From contig CBDAOI010000004.1 of assembly GCA_965198005.1 (NCBI GenBank), positions 1,799,257 to 1,863,256 of the forward strand: a DNA stretch of 64,000 nucleotides. Reading direction: 5' to 3'. The notes below the pieces were generated by a model, which had not been told where the DNA came from, ran no database searches, and saw only the letters and a program-made list of their open reading frames with translations. Of the stretch, positions 46,411-56,077 are shown piece after piece. The position numbers and the translations under genes are program-made. This DNA is from Spirochaetia bacterium. GTDB lineage: Bacteria; Spirochaetota; Spirochaetia; SZUA-6; Bin103. How positions within the stretch are numbered: the first letter of the stretch is position 1; every line of letters begins with the position of its first letter.

Positions 46411-47322
46411 CTACGCCTTGGTCGTTTGCGTGGGGTCGAGACGGCCCCCGACCGCGGTCGTAATGCGATCGAAGATCACCGCCAGCGCCACAATCGCCAA
46501 GCCCGCTTCCAGGCCCATGCCGACGTCGGCGTTCTGCAGCCCGCGCAGCACCTGCCGCCCGAGGCCGCGTGCGCCGATCATCGAGGTGATCACCACCATC
46601 GACAGCGCCATCATGATGGTCTGGTTGACCCCGGCCATGATGTTGGGCATCGCCAATGGCATGCGCACGCCCCACAGGATCTGGCGTCCGGTAGCACCGA
46701 ATGCATCCGCCGCTTCCACCGTGTCGCGGTCCACCAGACGAATGCCCAGGTTGGTGAGCCGAATGATCGGCGGCACGGCGAACACGAAAATCGCAAACGT
46801 TGCGGCCACGTTACCGAGACCGAAGAAGAAGATGAACGGGATCAGATAGACGAACGGTGGCACGGTCTGCATGGCGTCGAGGATTGGGTTGATCAGCGCG
46901 CGCACCAACCGGGTGGTGGCCATCAGAATGCCGATGGGGATGCCGACGATGACGGTGAGACCAGTCGCGATGAACAACATCGCCAGGGTCCGCATGGTGT
47001 CGGTCCAGAGGTCCATCATGCCGATGACCAGCAGCGCGGCAGCGAGCCCCAGCGCCAGTATCCGGTTGCGCGACGCCTGCCACGCGACCAGGCAGATGGC
47101 GGCGATCACCAGCCACCACGGCAGCCACAGCAGCGACAGCTCCACTTGGCGCAGCACCACCAGCATGAAGCCGCTGAGCGAGTCGAATGCTCTGCCGAAG
47201 TTCCCGACCAGGAACTTCAGCGCGCTATTCGTCCACTCCCGGAGCGGGATCCGGCAGCCTTCCGGGAACGTGCTGAAGATCCGATCGAAACTGCCGGTGC
47301 ACTCCTGCAACCAGTTTCCCAT
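46411..47322 (-). CDS. proW: glycine betaine/proline ABC permease
   Basis: LDAMQT.P.FVYL, EAADAFG, GVNQTIMMALSM. Confidence 0.92.
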   Translation of the reverse strand: MGNWLQECTGSFDRIFSTFPEGCRIPLREWTNSALKFLVGNFGRAFDSLSGFMLVVLRQVELSLLWLPWWLVIAAICLVAWQASRNRILALGLAAALLVIGMMDLWTDTMRTLAMLFIATGLTVIVGIPIGILMATTRLVRALINPILDAMQTVPPFVYLIPFIFFFGLGNVAATFAIFVFAVPPIIRLTNLGIRLVDRDTVEAADAFGATGRQILWGVRMPLAMPNIMAGVNQTIMMALSMVVITSMIGARGLGRQVLRGLQNADVGMGLEAGLAIVALAVIFDRITTAVGGRLDPTQTTKA

Positions 47323-47416
47323 TACTCGAAGCTCTCGACTCCGCGACAGAGCGGAGCGGGGGATCCGTGGCCCCCGCTCCGCATCATGCGGCGATCAGGT
47401 CGACTCCGCTCCGCTG

Positions 47417-48499
47417 CTAGTTGAGCGCCGCCTGAATGCGGCCCGCTACTTCGTCGGACACCCAGGCCATCCACACGCCCGACTCCGCTTTCAAGAAGTC
47501 GCGGGCGACCTCAGCCCATTCCGCGTCGTTGGTGCTCTGGTGGGCCAGATACGCGCTGACCAGCATTTGATCCATCTCGTAGGCGCGGAGGAACGCGATC
47601 ATCTCTTCCGAGGCGCCCTCGGCGAACGCGTTGCTTACCGCGACGTTGACCACCGACGGCTGAAACGCGCAGCCGCGGTCGCCGTCCCAACACTCCTGGG
47701 ACCACGCGGGCTCTTCGAGCTGGATCATTTCGTAGAGGCCAAGCAGTGTGGTGGGACCCCAGTAGTAGCCAAGCCACGCATCACCTTTCTGATAGGCACC
47801 GGCAATCGACGCATCCAGCGCGGGAGCCGCGCCCGGGCGAAAGTTGGTGAAGTGATCCTCCAGGCCATACGCCGCCATCTTCTTGTTGTTGGTCAACTCG
47901 CATTGCCAACCGATGATGCAGTTGTAGTAGCGGCCCATGTCCGGCTGCTCCGGGTCCTTGAACACTTCCGCGTAGCGTGCCAAATCGGCCACCGACTTCA
48001 GATCCGGCGCCATCGGCTCGATACCGCGTTCGGGGTCTCCCTCGATCACGTAGCGCGGCACCAGAAACGACATCTCGGCGGCGTTCATGTTCAAGCCCAA
48101 GTCGAGCACGTCGCCCGCGTCGGCGGCTTCATGGTAGAGATCGGGGGCGGTGTTGAACCAGATCTCCATGTTGATGTCGACGTCGCCGCGTACCAGTCCC
48201 TGGACCATCGGGATGGTCGATCCGGGGATATCCGTATACTCGCAACCGAAACCCGCCTGCAGAATCTGCCCGGCGATGTGGTTGTGGAGCGAAGCGCTTG
48301 CCCAGTCGAGGCCGGCAAACACCAGCTCCCGGTCGATCCCGTTGCAGTCGGGGCCGTCCGCCATGTCTCCCTTTTCCCTTGCGGGTTCGGCGACCGCGAC
48401 CTGGGCAGCGAGCGCCAGAGCGACCGCGCAGGTCAGAAACTTGATGAAAACCCCTGTACGAAACCTGTGGCCTGAGGCCAGATTCTTGAAAATACACAT
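47417..48499 (-). CDS. proX: glycine betaine ABC substrate-binding protein
   Basis: W.S, DINMEIW, GW.C, YYWGP motifs; operon context. Confidence 0.85.
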   Translation of the reverse strand: MCIFKNLASGHRFRTGVFIKFLTCAVALALAAQVAVAEPAREKGDMADGPDCNGIDRELVFAGLDWASASLHNHIAGQILQAGFGCEYTDIPGSTIPMVQGLVRGDVDINMEIWFNTAPDLYHEAADAGDVLDLGLNMNAAEMSFLVPRYVIEGDPERGIEPMAPDLKSVADLARYAEVFKDPEQPDMGRYYNCIIGWQCELTNNKKMAAYGLEDHFTNFRPGAAPALDASIAGAYQKGDAWLGYYWGPTTLLGLYEMIQLEEPAWSQECWDGDRGCAFQPSVVNVAVSNAFAEGASEEMIAFLRAYEMDQMLVSAYLAHQSTNDAEWAEVARDFLKAESGVWMAWVSDEVAGRIQAALN

Positions 48500-48508
48500 A
48501 GACCAACA

Positions 48509-48538
48509 AGTATATCACAGTCGAAAGTGGGGTGTCAA
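48509..48538 (-). promoter_or_regulatory. sigma70 promoter TTGACA-18-TATACT for the pro operon
   Basis: Near-consensus boxes. Confidence 0.6.
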
Positions 48539-48677
48539 GCCGGTCGAGGAGGCCAAGGAGGCCATTTGGAGGCTGCAGGAGGCCGCAGGGCCGCATGCAC
48601 CCGAAATAATGTGGGCGGGGCCATTGCGCCGCCGCCGCCGGCTCGGTTACCCTGGACTGGCCGGATCGATCTGCCGC

Positions 48678-50042
48678 ATGCCTGTAACCATCTCACACCC
48701 TTCGGCGCCGGACCGCTTTGCGGTGCTGGTGCGCAACACGCTGTTCGATACGCTGCCCGCGGAGGAGCAGGCGTTGCTGCGCGACCTGCACGCGCGCTAC
48801 CGGCTCACCGTACAGGAGATGCGGTTGCTGTGCGAGGCCGCGCGCGACCTGGAGCAGTGGCGCGAACCGGGGCTGGCCGCTTGGTGGCGGACGGCGGAGG
48901 GGGCGCCGGAGGTTGCCGGAGCGCCCGTGGGGGGGCCGCGCGAAGGTCGGGCGCCTGCCGGGCGCGCGCCGGTCGGGCGGGAGCGCAAGCGCCGGTTGCT
49001 GCGGCGCCTGCACGAGCACGTGGCCGGTTTGCGGACGGCCGCTACGGTCTATCCGGCCGCCACGCCGCCGGCGCCCGCGCGGCCGCCGCTGCACTTCGCG
49101 CCGGGCGACCCGGACGCGGCGGTGTTCGGCGACTGTCCGGTCCGCTCCGAGCGCACGCTGTGCTGCAATCTCAGGACCATCGACGCGGTGCAGAACTGTG
49201 CCTACGGCTGCAGCTACTGCACCATCCAGACCTTCTACGGCGACCGGGTGGCGGTGGACCCCGATCTGGGCGCCAAGCTGCGCCGGCTGGAGCTGGAGCC
49301 GGGGCGTTTCTATCACGTCGGTTCGGGGCAGTCCTCCGACTCGCTGGTGTGGGGCAACCGCGGCGGCATTCTGGATCACCTGTGCGCGTTCGCCGCCGCC
49401 CACCCCGACGTGCTGCTGGAGCTCAAGACCAAGTCCGCCAACGTCACCTACCTGCTGGAGCATCCGGTGCCGGCCAACGTCGTGTGCAGTTGGTCGCTCA
49501 ACACGGCGCCGGTGATCGCGCACGAGGAACACTTCACCGCGCCCCTGGAGCAGCGGCTGCAGGCGGCGCGCCGGGTCGCGGACCGGGGGATCAAGGTGGC
49601 GTTCCACTTCCATCCCATGGTGCACTACGCCGGGTGGGAGGCCGACTACCCGGCGCTGGCGCGGCGCATTCAGGCGGAATTCGATCCGGCCGAGGTGCTG
49701 TTCGTGTCGCTCGGATCGGTCACCTTCATCAAGCCGGTGATCCGGCAGATCCGGCGGCGCGGCGAGCCGACGCGGATCCTGCAGACCGAGCTGGTGAAGG
49801 ACCCGCACGGCAAGCTGACCTATCCCGACGACCTGAAGGTGGCGATGTTCCACACCATGTATCGGGCACTGGCGCCCTGGCACGGGCGCGTGTTCCTGTA
49901 CCTGTGCATGGAGAAGGCCGAGCTCTGGGACCGCGCCTTCGGCTGGCGGTTCGCCTCGAACGAGCACTTCGAGCGCGCCTTCGCCGCGGGCACGCTGTAC
50001 CGGCGGGCGAGCCTGCCGGCCGCGGCTGCGAGGGCCGGCTGA
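48678..50042 (+). CDS. spore photoproduct lyase-like radical SAM protein
   Basis: CAYGCSYC, G...DSL, LELKTKS, HFHP. Confidence 0.8.
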   Translation: MPVTISHPSAPDRFAVLVRNTLFDTLPAEEQALLRDLHARYRLTVQEMRLLCEAARDLEQWREPGLAAWWRTAEGAPEVAGAPVGGPREGRAPAGRAPVGRERKRRLLRRLHEHVAGLRTAATVYPAATPPAPARPPLHFAPGDPDAAVFGDCPVRSERTLCCNLRTIDAVQNCAYGCSYCTIQTFYGDRVAVDPDLGAKLRRLELEPGRFYHVGSGQSSDSLVWGNRGGILDHLCAFAAAHPDVLLELKTKSANVTYLLEHPVPANVVCSWSLNTAPVIAHEEHFTAPLEQRLQAARRVADRGIKVAFHFHPMVHYAGWEADYPALARRIQAEFDPAEVLFVSLGSVTFIKPVIRQIRRRGEPTRILQTELVKDPHGKLTYPDDLKVAMFHTMYRALAPWHGRVFLYLCMEKAELWDRAFGWRFASNEHFERAFAAGTLYRRASLPAAAARAG

Positions 50043-50044
50043 GC

Positions 50045-50845
50045 ATGGACAAGCGCGCCTGCCTCGAGTCGATTGTGACTCACATGGGGAGCGTCGCGGT
50101 GGCGCTGTCCGGGGGGGTCGACAGCGGTCTGGTGGCCCGGGTGGCGCACGACTGCCTGGGCGACGGCGCGATCGCGCTTACCGCGGTCTCGCCGAGTCTG
50201 GCGGCGGCGGAGCAGCGCGCGGTGGCGGAGCTGGTGGCGCGGATCGGCATTCGCCACCTCTTTCTGCGCAGCCGTGAGACCGAGGACCCGCGCTATCGCG
50301 CCAACGCGTCCGACCGCTGCTACTACTGCAAGACCAACGTCTACCAGGAGTTGGTCGACTACGCCCACGGCGAGGGGTTCCGCCACCTGGCGGACGGCAC
50401 CAACGCGGACGACGCCGGCGATCACCGCCCCGGCCGGCGCGCGGCGCACCAGCACGGGGTGCGCAGCCCGCTGCAGGAGGCGGGGTTCACCAAGGCCGAC
50501 GTGCGCGCGCTGGCGCGGGAGCTGGGGCTGCCGATCTGGGACAAGCCGGCGGCGGCCTGTCTGGCGTCGCGGATTCCGTACGGCTCGACGGTGACGCCGG
50601 AGAAGCTGAGCCAGGTGGAGGCGGCGGAAGCGGTGCTGGCCGAGCTGGGGCTGCGCCAACTTCGCGTGCGCCATCACGGGCCGGTGGCGCGGCTGGAGGT
50701 GGAGCCGGAGGCGGTGCCGGTGGTGCTCGAGCATCGCCGGCTGATCACGCAGCGGCTCAAGGCGCTGGGGTTCGTGTTCGTGGCGCTCGATCTGGATGGA
50801 TTTCGCTCCGGCAGCATGAACGAGGCGCTGCGGAGTCATGGCTGA
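50045..50845 (+). CDS. larE: ATP-dependent sacrificial sulfur transferase
   Basis: SGGVDS, RCYYCK, DHRPG, CLASRIP. Confidence 0.92.
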   Translation: MDKRACLESIVTHMGSVAVALSGGVDSGLVARVAHDCLGDGAIALTAVSPSLAAAEQRAVAELVARIGIRHLFLRSRETEDPRYRANASDRCYYCKTNVYQELVDYAHGEGFRHLADGTNADDAGDHRPGRRAAHQHGVRSPLQEAGFTKADVRALARELGLPIWDKPAAACLASRIPYGSTVTPEKLSQVEAAEAVLAELGLRQLRVRHHGPVARLEVEPEAVPVVLEHRRLITQRLKALGFVFVALDLDGFRSGSMNEALRSHG

Positions 50846-51653
50846 GCCGGCCGCCGGCCTGGACGAGCTGCTGGCCGGCACCCTGGCCGAGGTGCGGGCC
50901 GGACGGCTGGAGGTCGCGGCGGCACTGGAGCGGCTGCGCGACTTTCCGGTGGATGCCAGTCTGGCCGACGCCCGGCTCGATACCCACCGCGAGCTGCGTA
51001 CCGGCGTCGCCGAGGTGGTGCTGTGCGCGGGCAAGACCGCGGACCAGGTGGCCGGGATCATGCAGCGGCTGCGCGCCCATCACGGCCGCGCGCTGGGCAC
51101 CCGCGCCACGCCGGAGCTGGCGCGCGCGGTATGCAAGCGGCTGCCCGCGGCGGCGTACGATCCGGTGTCGCGGCTGCTGAAGCTGGCGGGGGGCGAGCGC
51201 GCGGTCGACGGGAAGGCGGCGCCGGGGGCGGAGGGGTCGGTCACCACGGCGCTGGTCAGTGGCGGCACCGCCGACCTGCCGGTGGCGGAGGAGGCGGCGC
51301 AGACCCTGGAGTTTCTCGGCTGTCCGGTGGAGCGGCTGTACGACGTGGGGGTAGCGGGCGTGCACCGGCTGCTGGCGGTGCGGCCGCGGCTGCAGCGCGC
51401 CGCGGTGGTGATCAGCGTAGCCGGCATGGAAGGCGCTCTCACCAGCGTCGTGGCGGGGCTGGTGGCGGCGCCGGTGATCGGGGTTCCCACCAGCGTCGGG
51501 TACGGCGCCAATCTGGGCGGCGCGGCGGCGTTGCTGGCGATGCTCAACACCTGCGCCGGCGGAGTGGCGGTGGTGAACGTCGACAACGGCTTCGGGGCGG
51601 CGTTGATGGCGCACGCGATCGTCGGCCGCATCCGCAGCGCCGCCCGCACATGA
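50838..51653 (+). CDS. larB: nickel pincer cofactor carboxylase
   Basis: GTADLPVAEEA, DVGVAG.HRL, PTSVGYG, VNVDNG. Confidence 0.93.
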   Translation: MAEPAAGLDELLAGTLAEVRAGRLEVAAALERLRDFPVDASLADARLDTHRELRTGVAEVVLCAGKTADQVAGIMQRLRAHHGRALGTRATPELARAVCKRLPAAAYDPVSRLLKLAGGERAVDGKAAPGAEGSVTTALVSGGTADLPVAEEAAQTLEFLGCPVERLYDVGVAGVHRLLAVRPRLQRAAVVISVAGMEGALTSVVAGLVAAPVIGVPTSVGYGANLGGAAALLAMLNTCAGGVAVVNVDNGFGAALMAHAIVGRIRSAART

Positions 51654-52858
51654 AGCTGGCCTACGTCGACTGCATCGCCGGCGTGAGCGGCGACATGCTG
51701 CTCGGCGCGCTGGTGGACGCCGGCGTTCCGGCGGACGAGTTGCGGCGGCGCCTGGCGGCGCTGGAGCTGCCCGGCTTCGAGCTGGCGCTGCGCCCGGTGC
51801 GGAAGCGGGGAATTGCGGCGCTGCAGGCGGAGGTCACGGTCACCGACCGGCGGACCGAGCGGCACCTGCCCGAGATCGTCGAGCTGGTGGAGCGCAGCGC
51901 GGTTCCGGCGCCGATCAGGCGGCGCGCGCGCGCCATCTTCGAACGGCTCGGTGAGGTCGAAGCGGCGATTCACGGCACCAGCGTGGAACGGGTCCATCTG
52001 CACGAGTTGGGCGGCATCGACACCATCGTCGACGTGGTCGGAGTGCTGACCGGCTTCGAGCTGCTCGGCGCCGAGCGGGTCGAGTGCTCGCCGCTGCCGC
52101 TGGGGCGCGGGTTCGTGGACTCCGCCCACGGCCGGCTGCCGGTGCCCGCGCCCGCGACCGTGGCGTTGCTGGAAGGAGTGCCGATCGCCGGCAGCCCGGT
52201 GGACGGCGAGCTGGTGACCCCCACCGGGGCGGCCCTGGTCACGGCGCTGGCCGCGGGCTTCGGGGCGCTGCCGGCGATGACGCTGAGCGCCACCGGCTAC
52301 GGCGCCGGCCGCGCCGACCGCGCGATTCCCAACGTGGTCCGCCTGCTGGTGGGCGAGCGTGTGGACGAGGGGGCGGCCGCCGGGCCGCCGTCCACGCAGC
52401 CCGCCACGCTCACCACGCTCACCATGCTGGAGACCAACATCGACGACATGAATCCCGAGCTGTACGAGTACGTCAGCACGCGGCTGTTGGCGGACGGGGC
52501 GCTGGAGGTGTTCACGCAGCCGGCGGCGATGAAGAAGAACCGACCGGGCACCTTGCTGAGCGTGTTGTGCCGGCCGCGGCAGGCGGCGGCGCTACGCCGT
52601 CTGCTGTTCCGGGAGACTACCACCATCGGGGTGCGCGAGTATGCCGTGGCGCGCCACGCGCTGGAGCGGGAGACGCGCACGGTGGCGACCCGGTACGGCC
52701 CGTTGCGCGTGAAAGTGGTGCAGGGCGAGGGCCTCGAGCCGCGCTGGGCGCCCGAGTACGAGGACTGCCGGCGGCTGGCCGAGCAGAGCGGGGCGCCGTT
52801 GCAGGCGGTGTATCAGGCCGGATTGACGGCCGCGGAGGGGTGCTCGGCGGCCGAGTGA
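51650..52858 (+). CDS. larC: nickel pincer cofactor nickel insertase
   Basis: G.SGDM.LGAL, HLHE.G..D, ELVTPTG, ETNIDD, PEYED. Confidence 0.93.
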   Translation: MKLAYVDCIAGVSGDMLLGALVDAGVPADELRRRLAALELPGFELALRPVRKRGIAALQAEVTVTDRRTERHLPEIVELVERSAVPAPIRRRARAIFERLGEVEAAIHGTSVERVHLHELGGIDTIVDVVGVLTGFELLGAERVECSPLPLGRGFVDSAHGRLPVPAPATVALLEGVPIAGSPVDGELVTPTGAALVTALAAGFGALPAMTLSATGYGAGRADRAIPNVVRLLVGERVDEGAAAGPPSTQPATLTTLTMLETNIDDMNPELYEYVSTRLLADGALEVFTQPAAMKKNRPGTLLSVLCRPRQAAALRRLLFRETTTIGVREYAVARHALERETRTVATRYGPLRVKVVQGEGLEPRWAPEYEDCRRLAEQSGAPLQAVYQAGLTAAEGCSAAE

Positions 52859-55092
52859 GTGCTCACGTGTCGCCGCACGATGGCCAGGATCTCCGGGCCG
52901 TAACGCTGCGCCTTGGCGGGCCCGATGCCGTGGGCGAATTCCAGGTCGGCGACCGTGTTGGGCCGCAGCACGGCGATGTCGCGCAGGGTCCGATCGCTGG
53001 CGATGACGTACGGCGGCACCTGCTGGCGGCTGGCCTGGGCGATGCGAAACGCCCGCAACGCCTCGAACAGCGCGCGGCCGGCGTGATCGAGCTCGCCGGC
53101 CGCGGCGGCCAGCGCGGGCGCCGCCATCCGGGCGCGGCCGCCGCCGGGTGAGGGAGGCCGGGTGCGGGTGAGGCGCGGCAGCAGCAGCCGCGCCGGCCGC
53201 CGGGCGTCGATCACCGCCCGTCCCTCCGGCGTGAGCACGGCCAGCGGCCGGTCGCCGCCCGTGAAGTCCACCCAGCCGGCGGTCACGCACCGCCGCAACA
53301 GGCGCAGCAGCCACTCTTCCGGGTAGCGGGCCAGCACGCCGAAGGTCGGGGTGCCATCGAGACCGGTCCGGCACAGGCGCTCGTCGGGCGCGCCCTTGAG
53401 CAGCTTCACCGCGGCCGCCAGGCCGAAGCGGTGGTGCACGCGCGCCACCCCGCACAGCGCCTTGCGGACCAGGTCGGTGGCGTGCTCGTCGTCGCGCAGC
53501 TCGGTCTGGGCGAGCTGCAGGCAGACGTCGCACCGGCCGCAGCCGGCCAGCGTTTCCTCTTCGTCGCCGAAGTAGCGGAGAATGGCGTCGTGGCGGCAGG
53601 CGCCGCCCTCGGCCCAGCGCATCAGTTCCAGGAACATCTGCCACTTGTGGCCCACCAGCTCCGGATCGGTTGCGCCGTCGCCGTCGCGCTCGATCAGACG
53701 GCGGCGCAGCCCCATGTCTCCCGGCGAGATGAGCAGCAGGCAGACGGCGGGCTGGCCGTCGCGGCCGGCGCGTCCCGCTTCCTGGTAGTAGGCCTCCAGC
53801 GAGCCGGGCGGCGCGAGGTGCGCCACGCAGCGCACGTCCGGCCGGTCGATGCCCATGCCGAACGCGTTGGTGGCCACCACCACCTGCAGCCGGCCGGCGC
53901 TGAACGCGCCCTGCACCCGGTCCCGGCGGCTGCCGTCCATGCCGGCGTGGTAGGCCGCCGCGGTCCATCCGCGTCCGCTCAGGCGTCCCGCCTCGGCTTC
54001 CGCCTCGCGCCGGGTCGGGGCGTACACGATCGCCGTACCGGAAGTGCCGGCGGCGCCGGCGGGCCCGGCGGGACCCGCGCCCGCAGCCCCTGGGTCCGCC
54101 GAGGCGCCGCAGTCACCGCCCGCGCCGGGGGTCCCCGCGGTCCCGGCGGCGTAGTCAGCGGCTGCGCTGGCGTTGCCGGCGCCCGCAGCCCCTGCTTCCG
54201 CCCGCGCGCCGTAGCCACCGCCGGCGCCGATTCCGTCCGGGCCGGCCGCCCCCGGCCGGCCGAGCGACTCCATCAGCACCCCGTCGATCCGGCGCGTGCG
54301 CTCCGCCTTGCTGGTCACCTCGGCCACGCGCAACGCGAGGTTGGGGCGCGCGAACCCGTGGATCAGTTGCGGCGTATCCGCCGGTAGCCCGAGCCGTTCC
54401 AGGATCTCGTCGCGCACCACGGGCGTGGCGGTGGCGGTGCAGGCCAGCACGCGCGCCCGCGGCAGGAGCTGCAACAGCTCGTGGAGCTGGAGGTAGTCGG
54501 GGCGGAAGTCGTGCCCCCAGGCGCTGATGCAGTGCGCCTCGTCGATCGCCACCAATGGACAGGTGACGTGCGCCAGCGTCGACCGCAGCCGGTCCGACGC
54601 CAGCCGTTCCGGGGCGACGTAGACCAGCTTGTAGGCGCCCGCGGTCAGACCGGCGACCCGGCGCCGCACCTCGTCCGGCGGCAGGGTGGCCGCCAGATAG
54701 GTGGCCGCGATGCCGCGCGCGGCCAGTGCCGCCACCTGATCGTGCATCAGGGCGATCAGCGGCGACACCACCACCGTCGTGCCGGGCAGCAGCGTCGCCG
54801 GCAGTTGGTAGGTCAGACTCTTGCCGCCGCCGGTGGGCGCCACCAGCAGCAGCCGTCCGGTCGCCAGCAGGGTGCTGATCGCCGCGCGCTGCCCGGGCCG
54901 GAACCGGACCAGTCCCAGCCGCCGCAGCCCGGCCTCCAGCGCCGCCGCGTCCGCCCCGGCCTCCCCCTGCTCCCGCGGTTCCCGTTGCACGGGCGGCACC
55001 GCCACGTCCGCCCCGCCGCCGGTGCTGCCCCCGACCGCCGCCGCCGCGTCCGCCGCCACGCCCGCCCCGGCAAACAGTTCTCCCTGCGTCAT
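52813..55092 (-). CDS. recQ: RecQ family DNA helicase with HRDC domain
   Basis: PTGGGKS, DEAHCIS.WGHDFR, QEAGRAGRDG; start codon uncertain. Confidence 0.92.
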   Translation of the reverse strand: MTQGELFAGAGVAADAAAAVGGSTGGGADVAVPPVQREPREQGEAGADAAALEAGLRRLGLVRFRPGQRAAISTLLATGRLLLVAPTGGGKSLTYQLPATLLPGTTVVVSPLIALMHDQVAALAARGIAATYLAATLPPDEVRRRVAGLTAGAYKLVYVAPERLASDRLRSTLAHVTCPLVAIDEAHCISAWGHDFRPDYLQLHELLQLLPRARVLACTATATPVVRDEILERLGLPADTPQLIHGFARPNLALRVAEVTSKAERTRRIDGVLMESLGRPGAAGPDGIGAGGGYGARAEAGAAGAGNASAAADYAAGTAGTPGAGGDCGASADPGAAGAGPAGPAGAAGTSGTAIVYAPTRREAEAEAGRLSGRGWTAAAYHAGMDGSRRDRVQGAFSAGRLQVVVATNAFGMGIDRPDVRCVAHLAPPGSLEAYYQEAGRAGRDGQPAVCLLLISPGDMGLRRRLIERDGDGATDPELVGHKWQMFLELMRWAEGGACRHDAILRYFGDEEETLAGCGRCDVCLQLAQTELRDDEHATDLVRKALCGVARVHHRFGLAAAVKLLKGAPDERLCRTGLDGTPTFGVLARYPEEWLLRLLRRCVTAGWVDFTGGDRPLAVLTPEGRAVIDARRPARLLLPRLTRTRPPSPGGGRARMAAPALAAAAGELDHAGRALFEALRAFRIAQASRQQVPPYVIASDRTLRDIAVLRPNTVADLEFAHGIGPAKAQRYGPEILAIVRRHVSTHSAAEHPSAAVNPA

Positions 55093-55257
55093 CCGCCGCC
55101 CCTTCCCGTTCCCGTGCACGCTCACGCCCGTGCCCAGCATATCACCATGTCGCATTTCGCTACCCACTACGGCGCGATGTGCGATGGCGCTTGCCCAACG
55201 GTAGAGTTCATGCTGATCGTATCATCGTACGCCGTTGTTTCAAGGGGTGGCACTAAA

Positions 55258-55635
55258 TCAATCGCGTCTCTGATCGAACAACAGGTAGACCGCGAAGTCT
55301 CGTTTGTCGCTTGGCCGTGATCCGTTGAATTTCGTCATCGCTATCCGAATACCCTTCGGGTACTTACTGATTTCCTTGGCATTCTTACAGCGGTCTCTGG
55401 CCTTTCTATGGCCCATCGCTCGATAAACCTGGATCCACGCTCGTTCGCTATACCCGCTGGTTCCCGGTCTACCGACGATCATGTCGGCATTGGATGCTGT
55501 GATGCAGTGGAACACGGCATAGTAGATCGTGCTTATTGCTCTCCGTAGATCGGTCCCCAACGGCCTCCCAGGTCCGGAGTGGTTCAGCAATCTATCGGAT
55601 GTTGTGAGGAGATCAGACGGATTGACTGCTGGCAT
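55258..55635 (-). pseudogene. HEPN-like toxin with probable in-frame internal deletion
   Basis: DLRRAISTIYYAVFH...AW.QVYRA..H present; the RH.ADY segment usual in this family is absent. Confidence 0.55.
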
Positions 55636-55930
55636 TCAACTCCGTCCACTCCGTTCTTTCCATGAATAACGGGACGGGAAACTCCTCCACCCCGATATCA
55701 ACGAGCTTCTCGCGGAGCTCTGTGAGCCATCCGACTGTCCATTCCTCATCGAACTCGTCCAGGCTGCCGTCGACCACAATCAATATGTAAAGGAACCGGT
55801 CTTCGTCGTCGTACTGGTCTCTGTTCGCCTCGATAGGATCGAGGGTCACTTTCCCCTTGAAATGATCTTCCAGACCATCCCGTACGATGTTCTCAATCTT
55901 GCCCAGCACCTCATCTCGCACGTCGGCCAT
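55613..55930 (-). CDS. acidic nucleotidyltransferase-fold-like antitoxin candidate
   Basis: 105-aa acidic ORF overlapping the HEPN-like gene; GAGGAGG RBS. Confidence 0.55.
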   Translation of the reverse strand: MADVRDEVLGKIENIVRDGLEDHFKGKVTLDPIEANRDQYDDEDRFLYILIVVDGSLDEFDEEWTVGWLTELREKLVDIGVEEFPVPLFMERTEWTELNASSQSV

Positions 55931-56077
55931 GTACTCGCCTCCTCAGCGGGACGCTGCTTCCTGGTGACACGGTTGCCACGACAAACCTGATCGTAGCGCT
56001 GGTTTTCCGATATGGTCAACATTACCGGTCTCGCGACCGAGACATTGCAGCCTGCTATACTGGAGCCGGTGAAGAAC

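Noticed and set aside
47336-47416. Riboswitch or ncRNA between proX and proW
   Set aside because: A GC-rich hairpin after a substrate-binding gene is adequately explained as an mRNA-stabilising or attenuating stem
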